A stretch of 64,000 bases of DNA from Macrostomum lignano (lineage: Eukaryota), in the NCBI GenBank assembly GCA_002269645.1, contig NIVC01000493.1, forward strand, positions 124,001 through 188,000, given 5' to 3'. A program made the translations under genes and the position numbers. The number at the start of each line of letters is the position of its first letter. Position 1 is the stretch's first letter. Of this stretch, positions 13,001 to 27,190 are shown in pieces. Under the pieces are notes generated by a model, which saw only the letters and a program-made list of their open reading frames with translations, had not been told where the DNA came from and did not search any database.

Positions 13001-16000
13001 GTGCAAGGGTCACAATCATCGGTAGGAGCACTCTCTGCAATGTGCAAGGGTCACAATCATCGGTAGGAGCACTCTCTGCAATGTGCAAGGGTCACAATCA
13101 TCGGTAGGAGCACTCTCTGCAATGTGCAAGGGTCACAATCATCGGTAGGAGCACTCTCTGCAATGTGCAAGGGTCACAATCATCGGTAGGAGCACTCTCT
13201 GCAATGTGCAAGGGTCACAATCATCGGTAGGAGCACTCTCTGCAATGTGCAAGGGTCACAATCATCGGTAGGAGCACTCTCTGCAATGTGCAAGGGTCAC
13301 AATCATCGGTAGGAGCACTCTCTGCAATGTGCAAGGGTCACAATCATCGGTAGGAGCACTCTCTGCAATGTGCAAGGGTCACAATCATCGGTAGGAGCAC
13401 TCTCTGCAATGTGCAAGGGTCACAATCATCGGTAGGAGCACTCTCTGCAATGTGCAAGGGTCACAATCATCGGTAGGAGCACTCTCTGCAATGTGCAAGG
13501 GTCACAATCATCGGTAGGAGCACTCTCTGCAATGTGCAAGGGTCACAATCATCGGTAGGAGCACTCTCTGCAATGTGCAAGGGTCACAATCATCGGTAGG
13601 AGCACTCTCTGCAATGTGCAAGGGTCACAATCATCGGTAGGAGCACTCTCTGCAATGTGCAAGGGTCACAATCATCGGTAGGAGCACTCTCTGCAATGTG
13701 CAAGGGTCACAATCATCGGTAGGAGCACTCTCTGCAATGTGCAAGGGTCACAATCATCGGTAGGAGCACTCTCTGCAATGTGCAAGGGTCACAATCATCG
13801 GTAGGAGCACTCTCTGCAATGTGCAAGGGTCACAATCATCGGTAGGAGCACTCTCTGCAATGTGCAAGGGTCACAATCATCGGTAGGAGCACTCTCTGCA
13901 ATGTGCAAGGGTCACAATCATCGGTAGGAGCACTCTCTGCAATGTGCAAGGGTCACAATCATCGGTAGGAGCACTCTCTGCAATGTGCAAGGGTCACAAT
14001 CATCGGTAGGAGCACTCTCTGCAATGTGCAAGGGTCACAATCATCGGTAGGAGCACTCTCTGCAATGTGCAAGGGTCACAATCATCGGTAGGAGCACTCT
14101 CTGCAATGTGCAAGGGTCACAATCATCGGTAGGAGCACTCTCTGCAATGTGCAAGGGTCACAATCATCGGTAGGAGCACTCTCTGCAATGTGCAAGGGTC
14201 ACAATCATCGGTAGGAGCACTCTCTGCAATGTGCAAGGGTCACAATCATCGGTAGGAGCACTCTCTGCAATGTGCAAGGGTCACAATCATCGGTAGGAGC
14301 ACTCTCTGCAATGTGCAAGGGTCACAATCATCGGTAGGAGCACTCTCTGCAATGTGCAAGGGTCACAATCATCGGTAGGAGCACTCTCTGCAATGTGCAA
14401 GGGTCACAATCATCGGTAGGAGCACTCTCTGCAATGTGCAAGGGTCACAATCATCGGTAGGAGCACTCTCTGCAATGTGCAAGGGTCACAATCATCGGTA
14501 GGAGCACTCTCTGCAATGTGCAAGGGTCACAATCATCGGTAGGAGCACTCTCTGCAATGTGCAAGGGTCACAATCATCGGTAGGAGCACTCTCTGCAATG
14601 TGCAAGGGTCACAATCATCGGTAGGAGCACTCTCTGCAATGTGCAAGGGTCACAATCATCGGTAGGAGCACTCTCTGCAATGTGCAAGGGTCACAATCAT
14701 CGGTAGGAGCACTCTCTGCAATGTGCAAGGGTCACAATCATCGGTAGGAGCACTCTCTGCAATGTGCAAGGGTCACAATCATCGGTAGGAGCACTCTCTG
14801 CAATGTGCAAGGGTCACAATCATCGGTAGGAGCACTCTCTGCAATGTGCAAGGGTCACAATCATCGGTAGGAGCACTCTCTGCAATGTGCAAGGGTCACA
14901 ATCATCGGTAGGAGCACTCTCTGCAATGTGCAAGGGTCACAATCATCGGTAGGAGCACTCTCTGCAATGTGCAAGGGTCACAATCATCGGTAGGAGCACT
15001 CTCTGCAATGTGCAAGGGTCACAATCATCGGTAGGAGCACTCTCTGCAATGTGCAAGGGTCACAATCATCGGTAGGAGCACTCTCTGCAATGTGCAAGGG
15101 TCACAATCATCGGTAGGAGCACTCTCTGCAATGTGCAAGGGTCACAATCATCGGTAGGAGCACTCTCTGCAATGTGCAAGGGTCACAATCATCGGTAGGA
15201 GCACTCTCTGCAATGTGCAAGGGTCACAATCATCGGTAGGAGCACTCTCTGCAATGTGCAAGGGTCACAATCATCGGTAGGAGCACTCTCTGCAATGTGC
15301 AAGGGTCACAATCATCGGTAGGAGCACTCTCTGCAATGTGCAAGGGTCACAATCATCGGTAGGAGCACTCTCTGCAATGTGCAAGGGTCACAATCATCGG
15401 TAGGAGCACTCTCTGCAATGTGCAAGGGTCACAATCATCGGTAGGAGCACTCTCTGCAATGTGCAAGGGTCACAATCATCGGTAGGAGCACTCTCTGCAA
15501 TGTGCAAGGGTCACAATCATCGGTAGGAGCACTCTCTGCAATGTGCAAGGGTCACAATCATCGGTAGGAGCACTCTCTGCAATGTGCAAGGGTCACAATC
15601 ATCGGTAGGAGCACTCTCTGCAATGTGCAAGGGTCACAATCATCGGTAGGAGCACTCTCTGCAATGTGCAAGGGTCACAATCATCGGTAGGAGCACTCTC
15701 TGCAATGTGCAAGGGTCACAATCATCGGTAGGAGCACTCTCTGCAATGTGCAAGGGTCACAATCATCGGTAGGAGCACTCTCTGCAATGTGCAAGGGTCA
15801 CAATCATCGGTAGGAGCACTCTCTGCAATGTGCAAGGGTCACAATCATCGGTAGGAGCACTCTCTGCAATGTGCAAGGGTCACAATCATCGGTAGGAGCA
15901 CTCTCTGCAATGTGCAAGGGTCACAATCATCGGTAGGAGCACTCTCTGCAATGTGCAAGGGTCACAATCATCGGTAGGAGCACTCTCTGCAATGTGCAAG

Positions 16001-18390
16001 GGTCACAATCATCGGTAGGAGCACTCTCTGCAATGTGCAAGGGTCACAATCATCGGTAGGAGCACTCTCTGCAATGTGCAAGGGTCACAATCATCGGTAG
16101 GAGCACTCTCTGCAATGTGCAAGGGTCACAATCATCGGTAGGAGCACTCTCTGCAATGTGCAAGGGTCACAATCATCGGTAGGAGCACTCTCTGCAATGT
16201 GCAAGGGTCACAATCATCGGTAGGAGCACTCTCTGCAATGTGCAAGGGTCACAATCATCGGTAGGAGCACTCTCTGCAATGTGCAAGGGTCACAATCATC
16301 GGTAGGAGCACTCTCTGCAATGTGCAAGGGTCACAATCATCGGTAGGAGCACTCTCTGCAATGTGCAAGGGTCACAATCATCGGTAGGAGCACTCTCTGC
16401 AATGTGCAAGGGTCACAATCATCGGTAGGAGCACTCTCTGCAATGTGCAAGGGTCACAATCATCGGTAGGAGCACTCTCTGCAATGTGCAAGGGTCACAA
16501 TCATCGGTAGGAGCACTCTCTGCAATGTGCAAGGGTCACAATCATCGGTAGGAGCACTCTCTGCAATGTGCAAGGGTCACAATCATCGGTAGGAGCACTC
16601 TCTGCAATGTGCAAGGGTCACAATCATCGGTAGGAGCACTCTCTGCAATGTGCAAGGGTCACAATCATCGGTAGGAGCACTCTCTGCAATGTGCAAGGGT
16701 CACAATCATCGGTAGGAGCACTCTCTGCAATGTGCAAGGGTCACAATCATCGGTAGGAGCACTCTCTGCAATGTGCAAGGGTCACAATCATCGGTAGGAG
16801 CACTCTCTGCAATGTGCAAGGGTCACAATCATCGGTAGGAGCACTCTCTGCAATGTGCAAGGGTCACAATCATCGGTAGGAGCACTCTCTGCAATGTGCA
16901 AGGGTCACAATCATCGGTAGGAGCACTCTCTGCAATGTGCAAGGGTCACAATCATCGGTAGGAGCACTCTCTGCAATGTGCAAGGGTCACAATCATCGGT
17001 AGGAGCACTCTCTGCAATGTGCAAGGGTCACAATCATCGGTAGGAGCACTCTCTGCAATGTGCAAGGGTCACAATCATCGGTAGGAGCACTCTCTGCAAT
17101 GTGCAAGGGTCACAATCATCGGTAGGAGCACTCTCTGCAATGTGCAAGGGTCACAATCATCGGTAGGAGCACTCTCTGCAATGTGCAAGGGTCACAATCA
17201 TCGGTAGGAGCACTCTCTGCAATGTGCAAGGGTCACAATCATCGGTAGGAGCACTCTCTGCAATGTGCAAGGGTCACAATCATCGGTAGGAGCACTCTCT
17301 GCAATGTGCAAGGGTCACAATCATCGGTAGGAGCACTCTCTGCAATGTGCAAGGGTCACAATCATCGGTAGGAGCACTCTCTGCAATGTGCAAGGGTCAC
17401 AATCATCGGTAGGAGCACTCTCTGCAATGTGCAAGGGTCACAATCATCGGTAGGAGCACTCTCTGCAATGTGCAAGGGTCACAATCATCGGTAGGAGCAC
17501 TCTCTGCAATGTGCAAGGGTCACAATCATCGGTAGGAGCACTCTCTGCAATGTGCAAGGGTCACAATCATCGGTAGGAGCACTCTCTGCAATGTGCAAGG
17601 GTCACAATCATCGGTAGGAGCACTCTCTGCAATGTGCAAGGGTCACAATCATCGGTAGGAGCACTCTCTGCAATGTGCAAGGGTCACAATCATCGGTAGG
17701 AGCACTCTCTGCAATGTGCAAGGGTCACAATCATCGGTAGGAGCACTCTCTGCAATGTGCAAGGGTCACAATCATCGGTAGGAGCACTCTCTGCAATGTG
17801 CAAGGGTCACAATCATCGGTAGGAGCACTCTCTGCAATGTGCAAGGGTCACAATCATCGGTAGGAGCACTCTCTGCAATGTGCAAGGGTCACAATCATCG
17901 GTAGGAGCACTCTCTGCAATGTGCAAGGGTCACAATCATCGGTAGGAGCACTCTCTGCAATGTGCAAGGGTCACAATCATCGGTAGGAGCACTCTCTGCA
18001 ATGTGCAAGGGTCACAATCATCGGTAGGAGCACTCTCTGCAATGTGCAAGGGTCACAATCATCGGTAGGAGCACTCTCTGCAATGTGCAAGGGTCACAAT
18101 CATCGGTAGGAGCACTCTCTGCAATGTGCAAGGGTCACAATCATCGGTAGGAGCACTCTCTGCAATGTGCAAGGGTCACAATCATCGGTAGGAGCACTCT
18201 CTGCAATGTGCAAGGGTCACAATCATCGGTAGGAGCACTCTCTGCAATGTGCAAGGGTCACAATCATCGGTAGAGCACTCTCTGCAATTGCAAGTCACAA
18301 TCATGAGTGAGCAGCTCTCTGAATTGCAAGTCACAATCGGCCACTCTCTGAGTGCAAGCACTCTCGGTAGTCAGCACTCTCTCAGTGCAA
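7015..18390. repeat. 41-bp satellite, about 275 near-identical copies (about 11.4 kb), intronic in CELF
   Basis: aatcatcggtaggagcactctctgcaatgtgcaagggtcac; period 41. Variants seen only at the two ends. Confidence 0.99.
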
Positions 18391-19149
18391 GTCACAGCTG
18401 AGGGGCAGCTTGCTCTGCTGTAGAAAGAAAAGCAATATAAGTACTCAGCCGGTGTGGCTGTGGCTTACTTTGCTGTCTCATCTGTCAGCCAGACAGAGAA
18501 GAGACTTTCAGAGAGAAATCGGGGATGACACGGGAAGCCAGCAAATCACCCCAGCCCCCGCTCAGCCTGTCGAACCTGTCCCGGCATTTCTGTTTGCTCC
18601 AGACCTCTCCTGTGTGAGCGGGAGCGTGACTCAAGCCGACCCGAGACGGAGCTGATGGAGGCAGCCTAGGCATCCCCAGACTCCCGAAACCCCCTGCATT
18701 TCGAGCTGGCAAACATCTCGGCATGGCCCCTCCCTGCGGGGTGGGAAAAGGGGAAGCCTGAGGAGAGAAATCCTGCAGACGCAGGATGGATCCGATGCTT
18801 CTATTTGCCTGTCGACCCGTCTGTCCGGGGTGGCGCAGGGACCGCTTTTTTGCGAAACCGACCACCCCCGCTGCGCCGTGACGCGAATGACTGCGAGCTT
18901 TTTTCTGCTCCTGCTCAAGCAGCCGCAAATTCCCCATTCATACTGCAGCGAAGGGAGAAATCATCAGCTTCATTCTAAAATTTCCCAAAGCCAAAAATGC
19001 ATTATAATCGGCACGCGTTCGCTCTCTCCGCCATCGCATACAGGTTTTCACTTCTCATTTTTCTGAGGTTTGCATTGTCTCTCCGGCTGAATTGGCAGCA
19101 CGGCTCTCTTCTGTAGCGCCTCTGCTGCTCTGCGGGCCTCTGCAGCTCT

Positions 19150-19640
19150 GCGCCCTCCTCTCTGCCTTGCCCTCACTCTCTCCCTCACCCTCACTCTCTC
19201 CCTCACCGTCACTCTCTCCCTCACCCTCACTCTCTCCCTCACCCTCACTCTCTCCCTCACCGTCACTCTCTCCCTCACCCTCACTCTCTCCCTCACCCTC
19301 ACTCTCTCCCTCACCCTCACTCTCTCCCTCACCCTCATTCTCTCCCTCACCCTCACTCTCTCCCTCTCCCTCACCCTCACTCTCTCCCTCACCCTCACTC
19401 TCTCCCTCACCCTCATTCTCTCCCTCACCGTCACTCTCTCCCTCACCCTCACTCTCTCCCTCACCCTCATTCTCTCCCTCACCGTCACTCTCTCCCTCAC
19501 CCTCATTCTCTCCCTCACCCTCACTCTCTCCCTCACCGTCACTCTCTCCCTCACCCTCATTCTCTCCCTCACCCTCACTCTCTCCCTCACCCTCACTCTC
19601 TCCCTCACCCTCACTCTCTCCCTCACCCTCACTCTCTGTC
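19150..19640. repeat. 18-bp CT-rich minisatellite
   Basis: ctcaccctcactctctcc; source of the RVRERV / GESEGE / SPSLSP ORFs. Confidence 0.95.
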
Positions 19641-20334
19641 ACTTTCACTCTCTCTCTGATTCTCTCCGCCACTCTCTCTCTCACTTTCACTCTCCATCTT
19701 AAGCTCACCCTGGCCATCTCCTCAATACTTCCGCAGCTCCACATCTGTCCATACAAGCCAGCCTCCGCGAATAACAATCGGTGAAAAAAACCGATTTGCA
19801 GGTGAACCCGGGAGCAAATATCCCCTTGATAAGATCCTGTTTCAATTCCCTCTCCATCTGTCTGTTTCAGCTTCAATTCTCAAGTGCCCAAATTGGAACC
19901 CATTGTCAATGGGTGCCAATCCCGACCAGCCCCAGCTCCTTTCCATCTGGATCCTGCATCATATGCGCGCATCTGGTCAATTCTCCCATCATTGTTGGAA
20001 TTTTAATAGATCTCACATGGTCGCGCATGCCTATAATGCTGCTCGTGTGCAGATGTTTCCTAATGGGGAAATTCTTCCCCTTTTGTAATGGGGCTGTAAG
20101 CAGATTCATAGTGCAGTTATACGAAACGCAGACTTGTTAGCGGTGAGGCTGGATATCCAAACTCTCTGATGACAGTAGTGTATTACGCGGATTATTGAGT
20201 ACAGTTTTATTCATAAACCCAAGACTCAACTCTTACAATGGATATAACATGAGTTGGAAAGATGGACAGCTCGAAAAAATACCACCAAAAGGATTGAATT
20301 TGAGATGGGACTGAGAAATAGATGGGATTTGATT

Positions 20335-20585
20335 GAAATAAGATTTTGAGATGGGGTTGAGACTGGGTTGAGACTGGGTTGAGACTGGGTTGAGATGGGG
20401 TTGAGACTCGGTTGAGATGGGGTTGAGACCTGGTTGAGATGGGGTTGAGACCTGGTTGAGATGGGACTGAGATGGGATTGAGATTGGCTTGAGATTGGAT
20501 TGAGATGGGATTGAGATTGGATTGAGATTGGCTTGAGATTGGATTGAGAATGGGATTGAGATGGGATTGAGATGGGGAAATGAGA
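20335..20585. repeat. Degenerate 10-11-bp gagatgggatt/gagactgggtt repeat
   Basis: Direct reading. Confidence 0.85.
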
Positions 20586-20989
20586 CTGAAATAAAGAATA
20601 CGGCACTGAGATCACAGAAAATAAGGTGGTAAAAAACAATAAATTGAGAAAAGCTGATGACACAGAAGTGCGCGGAACCCGGCTCCAAGTGTCCAATACA
20701 ATTACTTAAATATTAGTTGTGCAAACTGGGTGTCCTGAAAGTGAGTACCGCTTTACCCTAAATATTTTCTACCAGTCAATGGCCGACAATTGGGTCAGTC
20801 CAATATTGAGATGGAATTGCAGTGCAAATAGTCCGCAGTGTAATTGCTGGGTACACACCCTCTTGCCAGCAGTGAGATTGGGAGTCATTCGTTTATTGCT
20901 TCGGGCTGGCGGGCCGCTTAAAAACAGAGAGAATTAAGTGGAGAACGAGAGTGAATGGATTATAGGTGAGAGTGAAATTAAGAGAATGG

Positions 20990-21292
20990 AGTGAGAATGG
21001 GAGTGACGGGAGTGAGAATGGGAGTGATAATGGGAGTGAGAATGGGAGTGAAATTGGGAGTGAGAATGGGAGTGAGAATGGGAGTGAGATTGGGAGTGAG
21101 ATTGGGAGTGAGATTGGGAGTGAGATTGGGAGTGAAATTGAGAATGAGAATGGGAGTGAGAATGGGAGTGAGATTGGGAGTGAGATTGGGAGTGAGAATG
21201 GGAGTGAGATTGGGAGTGAAATTGAGAATGAGAATGGGAGTGAGAATGGGAGTGAAAATGGGAGTGAGATTGGGAGTGAGATTAGGAATGAG
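20990..21292. repeat. 12-bp minisatellite
   Basis: gggagtgagaat/gggagtgagatt units. Confidence 0.92.
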
Positions 21293-21418
21293 AAATACAT
21301 AGCGGTGAGTTCAATCAGTTTGCAGCAACTGGGGGTCACCTGGAGCTCACAGATTAACTCAGCACAAGACATCCGGTGCAGAGGTGAAGATCTGGGCAAA
21401 GTTGCAATGTGATTTTAC

Positions 21419-21483
<65 letters not shown>
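21419..21483. repeat. (GA)n microsatellite
   Basis: Direct reading. Confidence 0.95.
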
Positions 21484-21484
<1 letters not shown>

Positions 21485-21667
21485 AATCCAATATCCCCTT
21501 TGGTAAAAACTGCCTTCTAAGGCGATCTTGGTGGATTTCTGTCTCTTGTACTTTCTGTTGGCTTTTGGGGACGAAGACAAAAAATGCTCCAATAAAACTT
21601 TAGATTGCTTTTAGAATTTTATATCGTTTCTGAAGGCTACAAATGACTCAAAAAAACCTAATTCGAT

Positions 21668-23137
21668 AGTGCCACTATCGAATGACTGATCACAGAAAAG
21701 TGCCACTATCAAATTACTGATCACAGAAAAGTGCCACTATCAAATCACTGATCACAGAAAAGTGCCACTATCAAATTACTGATCACAGAAAAGTGCCACT
21801 ATCAAATTACTGATCACAGAAAAGTGCCACTATCAAATCACTGATCACAGAAAAGTGCCACTATCAAATCACTGATCACAGAAAAGTGCCACTATCAAAT
21901 CACTGATCACAGAAAAGTGCCACTATCAAATTACTGATCACAGAAAAGTGCCACTATCAAATTACTGATCACAGAAAAGTGCCACTATCAAATTACTGAT
22001 CACAGAAAAGTGCCACTATCAAATCACTGATCACAGAAAAGTGCCACTATCAAATCACTGATCACAGAAAAGTGCCACTATCAAATTACTGATCACAGAA
22101 AAGTGCCACTATCAAATCACTGATCACAGAAAAGTGCCACTATCAAATCACTGATCACAGAAAAGTGCCACTATCAAATCACTGATCACAGAAAAGTGCC
22201 ACTATCAAATTACTGATCACAGAAAAGTGCCACTATCAAATTACTGATCACAGAAAAGTGCCACTATCGAATGACTGATCACAGAAAAGTGCCACTATCA
22301 AATCACTGATTACAGAAAAGTGCCACTATCAAATCACTGATCACAGAAAAGTGCCACTATCAAATTACTGATCACAGAAAAGTGCCACTATAAAATCACT
22401 GATTACAGAAAAGTGCCACTACCAAATTACTGATCACAGAAAAGTGCCACTTTCGAATGACTGATCACAGAAAAGTGCCACTATCAAATCACTGATCACA
22501 GAAAAGTGCCACGATCAAATTACTGATCACAGAAAAGTGCCACTATCAAATCACTGATCACAGAAAAGTGCCACTATCGAATGACTGATCACAGAAAAGT
22601 GCCACTATCAAATCACTGATCACAGAAAAGTGCCACTATCAAATCACTGGTCACAGAAAAGTGCCACTATCAAACTACTGATCACAGAAAAGTGCCACTT
22701 TCGAATGACTGATCACAGGAAAGTGCCACTATCAAATCACTGATCACAGAAAAGTGCCACTATCAAATTACTGATCACAGGAAAGTGCCACTATCAAATT
22801 ACTGATCACAGAAAAGTGCCACTATCAAATCACTGATCACAGAAAAGTGCCACTATCAAATCACTGATCACAGGAAAGTGCCACTATCAAATCACTGATC
22901 ACAGAAAAGTGCCACTATCAAACTACTGATCACAGAAAAGTGCCACTATCAAATTACTGATCACAGAAAAGTGCCACTATCAAATTACTGATCACAGAAA
23001 AGTGCCACTATCAAATTACTGATCACAGAAATGTGCCACTATCAAATTACTGATCACAGAAAAGTGCCACTATCAAATCACTGATCACAGAAAAGTGCCA
23101 CTATCAAATTACTGATCACAGAAAAGTGCCACTATCG
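21668..23137. repeat. 31-bp minisatellite, about 47 copies
   Basis: tgatcacagaaaagtgccactatcaaattac; begins at the palindrome attcgatagtg-c-cactatcgaat. Confidence 0.97.
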
Positions 23138-24574
23138 AACAACCCGCGGTCCCAGAATTCAACAGGCCCTCCTTAACCAAAGCTTAATAAAAAGTCAACA
23201 AATAATATATTCGCAAAATTCGAGAAATTTGAACTCTGTCTTTATTGCATACAGCTTTCTCAATCTGCAAAGCCCACATAGGCAAGTCTAAGAGGAACAT
23301 TTGGTCTCGCCTCTTCCTGTTTTCCCAGAGTGAGGGAGCGATAGAGCCTTAAGCAGCCCAGCCAATAGGAACCCCTTGGCCCTGGCAGACCCGCTCAGGC
23401 CTTTCTCATTACTGCCTGACCGTGCCCCCCCACTCTTCGAGCCTTTGTGTCCTTCTTCATCGGATCCCATGTACATTCACACACACGGGACTTCGTATAC
23501 ACCACCAGCCCCACTTCTCCCCTCTCCCCTTTTCCCCAATGAATATTTAGCCCCAACAAATTAGTGTTAAAAGGGGCCCCCAAGCCCAGGGCACTGGAAA
23601 GAACACACAAGAGGAGCTCCACATTCAGAACATTCAGACACTAAAGAAGAACCAAAACTAGACAATCCTTTGACACACCTCAGCCGTTCAGTGTTGTTTT
23701 TCATTCGTATTCTAATAACCTCTGGACAGCCATGATTATCGACCATCACCACGAAGAGCCGCCTGCAGATGCCAAATCTGGCAGTGACAAACTTCGGCAG
23801 ATTCACCTAAATAGTATTAGCAACCATGATGGTACGGATAAGGTTAAACAGATCCAGCGCCACTTGGCAACTCTACCTGGACACGAAGGTAAATCCTATC
23901 AATCATCTCACTGGTGCTCGTGAACTTCTTGGTGTCCTTAAGCAAAAATTCGTTATAGTGTTGCAGTTTCTACTAATTAGGTGGCGAGATATTTACGCAT
24001 ACTAAAATAGTGATAGTTACTCCCGCCGTTTACCCACAGCATCTTAGTTTAGTAGGATAACACTAACACAAACCTGCGCCTGTGGCATTATATTTTAGTA
24101 GTAAGGATCCCGATTAACAGAATTAGATAACTTTTCTTAGGTAAAATAATTTATTTTCGGTCAATCAATGATAAAGCAGCCCCCACCCGCCCAGACCCGG
24201 TCCGGAAATTTTCTCAATTCAACTCTAAAATATCCCAATTCGTAACGTTCTCCATGAAGCTTTCATTGCGTCTTTGTTATCGATTTAGATTTAATTAATC
24301 TCTTCACCGAATCGTCTTAGAATTTGATGGCCACTTTGGCCTTCTATTGCTCGAGTATTCGAAATCAAGAGACGCGTACAGATCGGTACAAAGGCAAAGT
24401 CTGCGATGATTTTAGGCGTGGCTCCCTCTCAGACTGGAAATGAGTCTCTTTGGGTGGGTTAAGGGATATATTGAATAATTTTTATCCTTTCGGTAAGAGG
24501 CGGACATCAAATATTTGTTGTATTGCGTACGTAATGCGATAAATTATATTTTGCTATTTTAGCCTCCACTCCCC

Positions 24575-25500
24575 GTCACACTACCCTCTCTCCCCGACAC
24601 ACTACCCTCTCTCGCCGCCACACTACCCTCTCTCGCCGCCACACTACCCTCTCTCACCGCCACACTACCCTCTCTCCCCGCCACACTACCCTCTCTCCCT
24701 GACACCCTACCTTCTCTCCCCGACACACTCCCCTCTCTCGCCGCCACACTACCCTCTCTCGCCGCCACACTACCCTCTCTCCCCGTCACACTACCCTCTC
24801 TCCCCGCCACACTACCCTCTCTCCCCGACACACTACCCTCTCTCCCTGACACCCTACCTTCTCTCCCCGACACACTACCCTCTCTCCCCGACACACTACC
24901 CTCTCTCCCTGACACCCTACCCTCTCTCCCCGCCACACTACCCTCTCTCCCCGACACACTACCCTCTCTCCCTGACACACTACCCTCTCTCCCTGACACC
25001 CTACCCTCTCTCCCTGACACCCTACCTTCTCTCCCCGACACACTACCCTCTCTCCCCACCACACTACCCTCCCTCCCCGACACACTACCGTCTCTCCCCG
25101 CCACACTACCTTCTCTCCCCGACACACTACCCTCCCTCCCCAACACACTACCCTCCCTCCCCGACACACTACCCTCCCTCCCCGACACACTACCCTCCCT
25201 CCCCGACACACTACCCTCTCTCGCCGCCACACTACCCTCTCTCCCCGCCACACTACCCTCTCTCCCTGACACCCTACCTTCTCTCCCCGACACACTACCC
25301 TCTCTCCCCACCACACTACCCTCCCTCCCCGACACACTACCGTCTCTCCCCGCCACACTACCTTCTCTCCCTGACACACTACCCTCTCTCCCCACCACAC
25401 TACCCTCCCTCCCCGACACACTACCCTCCCTCCCCGACACACTACCCTCCCTCCCCAACACACTACCCTCCCTCCCCGACACACTACCCTCCCTCCCCTC
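24575..25500. repeat. 21-bp C-rich minisatellite
   Basis: acactaccctctctccccgac; source of the REGSVSG ORF. Confidence 0.95.
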
Positions 25501-25594
25501 CATCCTAAAACACCTGCACCTCAGCAAAGCACACTACAAAAGTCTAAACTAACATCCTCTTTACTCTCTCCCTGACCCCCCGATCATGACGCAG

Positions 25595-25803
25595 ACGACC
25601 GCAAGCTGTTCGTCGGCATGCTCTCCAAGCAGCAGTCCGAGGACGATGTCAGACGACTGTTTGAACCCTTCGGCCGTATCGAGGAATGCGCCATCCTTCG
25701 CGACCAGCACGGCGTCAGCAAGGGCTGCGCGTTTATCAAGTACACCAATCACCTGGAGGCGCAGAGTGCCATCAACAATTTGCACGGCAGTCAGACTATG
25801 GCT
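25595..25803 (+). CDS. CELF: CELF exon C (RRM2)
   Basis: gcag acceptor, gtgagt donor. [50 protein letters not shown]...LHGSQTMA is a typical CELF3-6 RRM2. Confidence 0.95.
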
Positions 25804-25864
25804 GTGAGTGACCTGTCCGGTTGTGACTCGCATCTCAGAGTGGGGCATCGTTTGATCTACTAAT

Positions 25865-27190
25865 CTTTTGAGCTGCTGACGGGTATCTTTTGATCAGCTA
25901 ATGGGTATCTTTTGATCAGCTAATGGGTATCTTTTGATCTGCTAATGGGTATCTTTTGATCAGCTAATGGGTATCTTTTGATCTGCTAATGAGTATCTTT
26001 TGATCAGCTAATGGGTATCTTATGATCTGCTGACGGGTATCTTTTGATCAGCTAATGGGTATCTTTTGATCTGCTGACGGGTATCTTTTGATCAGCTAAT
26101 GGGTATCTTTTGATCAGCTAATGGGTATCTTTTGATCTGCTAATGGGTATCTTTTGAGCTGCTGACGGGTATCTTTTGAGCTGCTGACGGGTATCTTTTG
26201 AGCTGCTGACGGGTATCTTTTGAGCTGCTGACGGGTATCTTTTGAGCTGCTGACGGGTATCTTTTGAGCTGCTGACGGGTATCTTTTGAGCTGCTGACGG
26301 GTGTCTTTTGATCAGCTAATGAGTAAATTTTGATCTGCTGACGGGGTATCTTTTGATCTGCTGACGGGTATCTTTTGATCTGCTGACGGGTATCTTTTGA
26401 TCAGCTAATGGGTATCTTTTGATCTGCTGACGGGTATCTTTTGATCAGCTAATGGGTATCTTTTGATCTGCTGACGGGTATCTTTTGATCAGCTAATGGG
26501 TATCTTTTTATCTGCTAATGGGTATCTTTTGATCTGCTGACAGGTATCTTTTTATCTGCTAATGGGTATCTTTTTATCTGCTAATGGGTATCTTTTTATC
26601 TGCTAATGGGTATCTTTTGATCTGCTGACAGGTATCTTTTGATCAGCTAATGGGTATCTTTTGATCTGCTAATGGATATCTTTTGATCTGCCGACAGGTA
26701 TCTTTTGATCAGCTAATGGGTATCTTTTGATCTGCTGACGGGTATCTTTTGATCAGCTAATGGGTATCTTTTGAGCTGCTGACGGGTAATCTTCTGAGCT
26801 GCTGACGGGTATCTTTTGAGCTGCTGACGGGGTAATCTTTTGATCTGCTGACGGGTATCTTTTGATCAGCTAATGAGTATATTTTGATCTGCTGACGGGT
26901 ATCTTTTGATCTGCTGACGGGTATCTTTTGATCTACTAATGGGTATCTTTTGATCTGCTAATGGGAATCTTTCGATCTACTAATGGGTATCTTTTGATCT
27001 ACTAATGGGTATCTTTTGATCTACTAATGGGTATCTTTTGATCTACTAATGGGTATCTTTTGATCTGTTGACGGGGTATCTTTTGATAAACTGAATGGGC
27101 ATCTTTTGATATACTGAATGGGCATCTTTTAATCTGCTAATGGGTATCTTTTGATCTGCTAATGGTTTAATAGGTATCGTTTGATCTGCT
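25865..27190. repeat. 22-bp minisatellite
   Basis: gggtatcttttgatc(a/t)gct(aat/gac). Confidence 0.95.

Noticed and set aside
7015-18390. CRISPR-like array (also considered for the 31-, 46- and 37-bp arrays)
   Set aside because: Units are contiguous with no unique spacers, there are no cas genes, and the context is a eukaryotic intron.
19048-19876. RVRERV / GESEGE / SPSLSP proteins
   Set aside because: An 18-bp repeat open in several frames on both strands, with no domain or splice support.
24559-25527. 322-aa REGSVSG ORF
   Set aside because: Antisense translation of a 21-bp intronic repeat.
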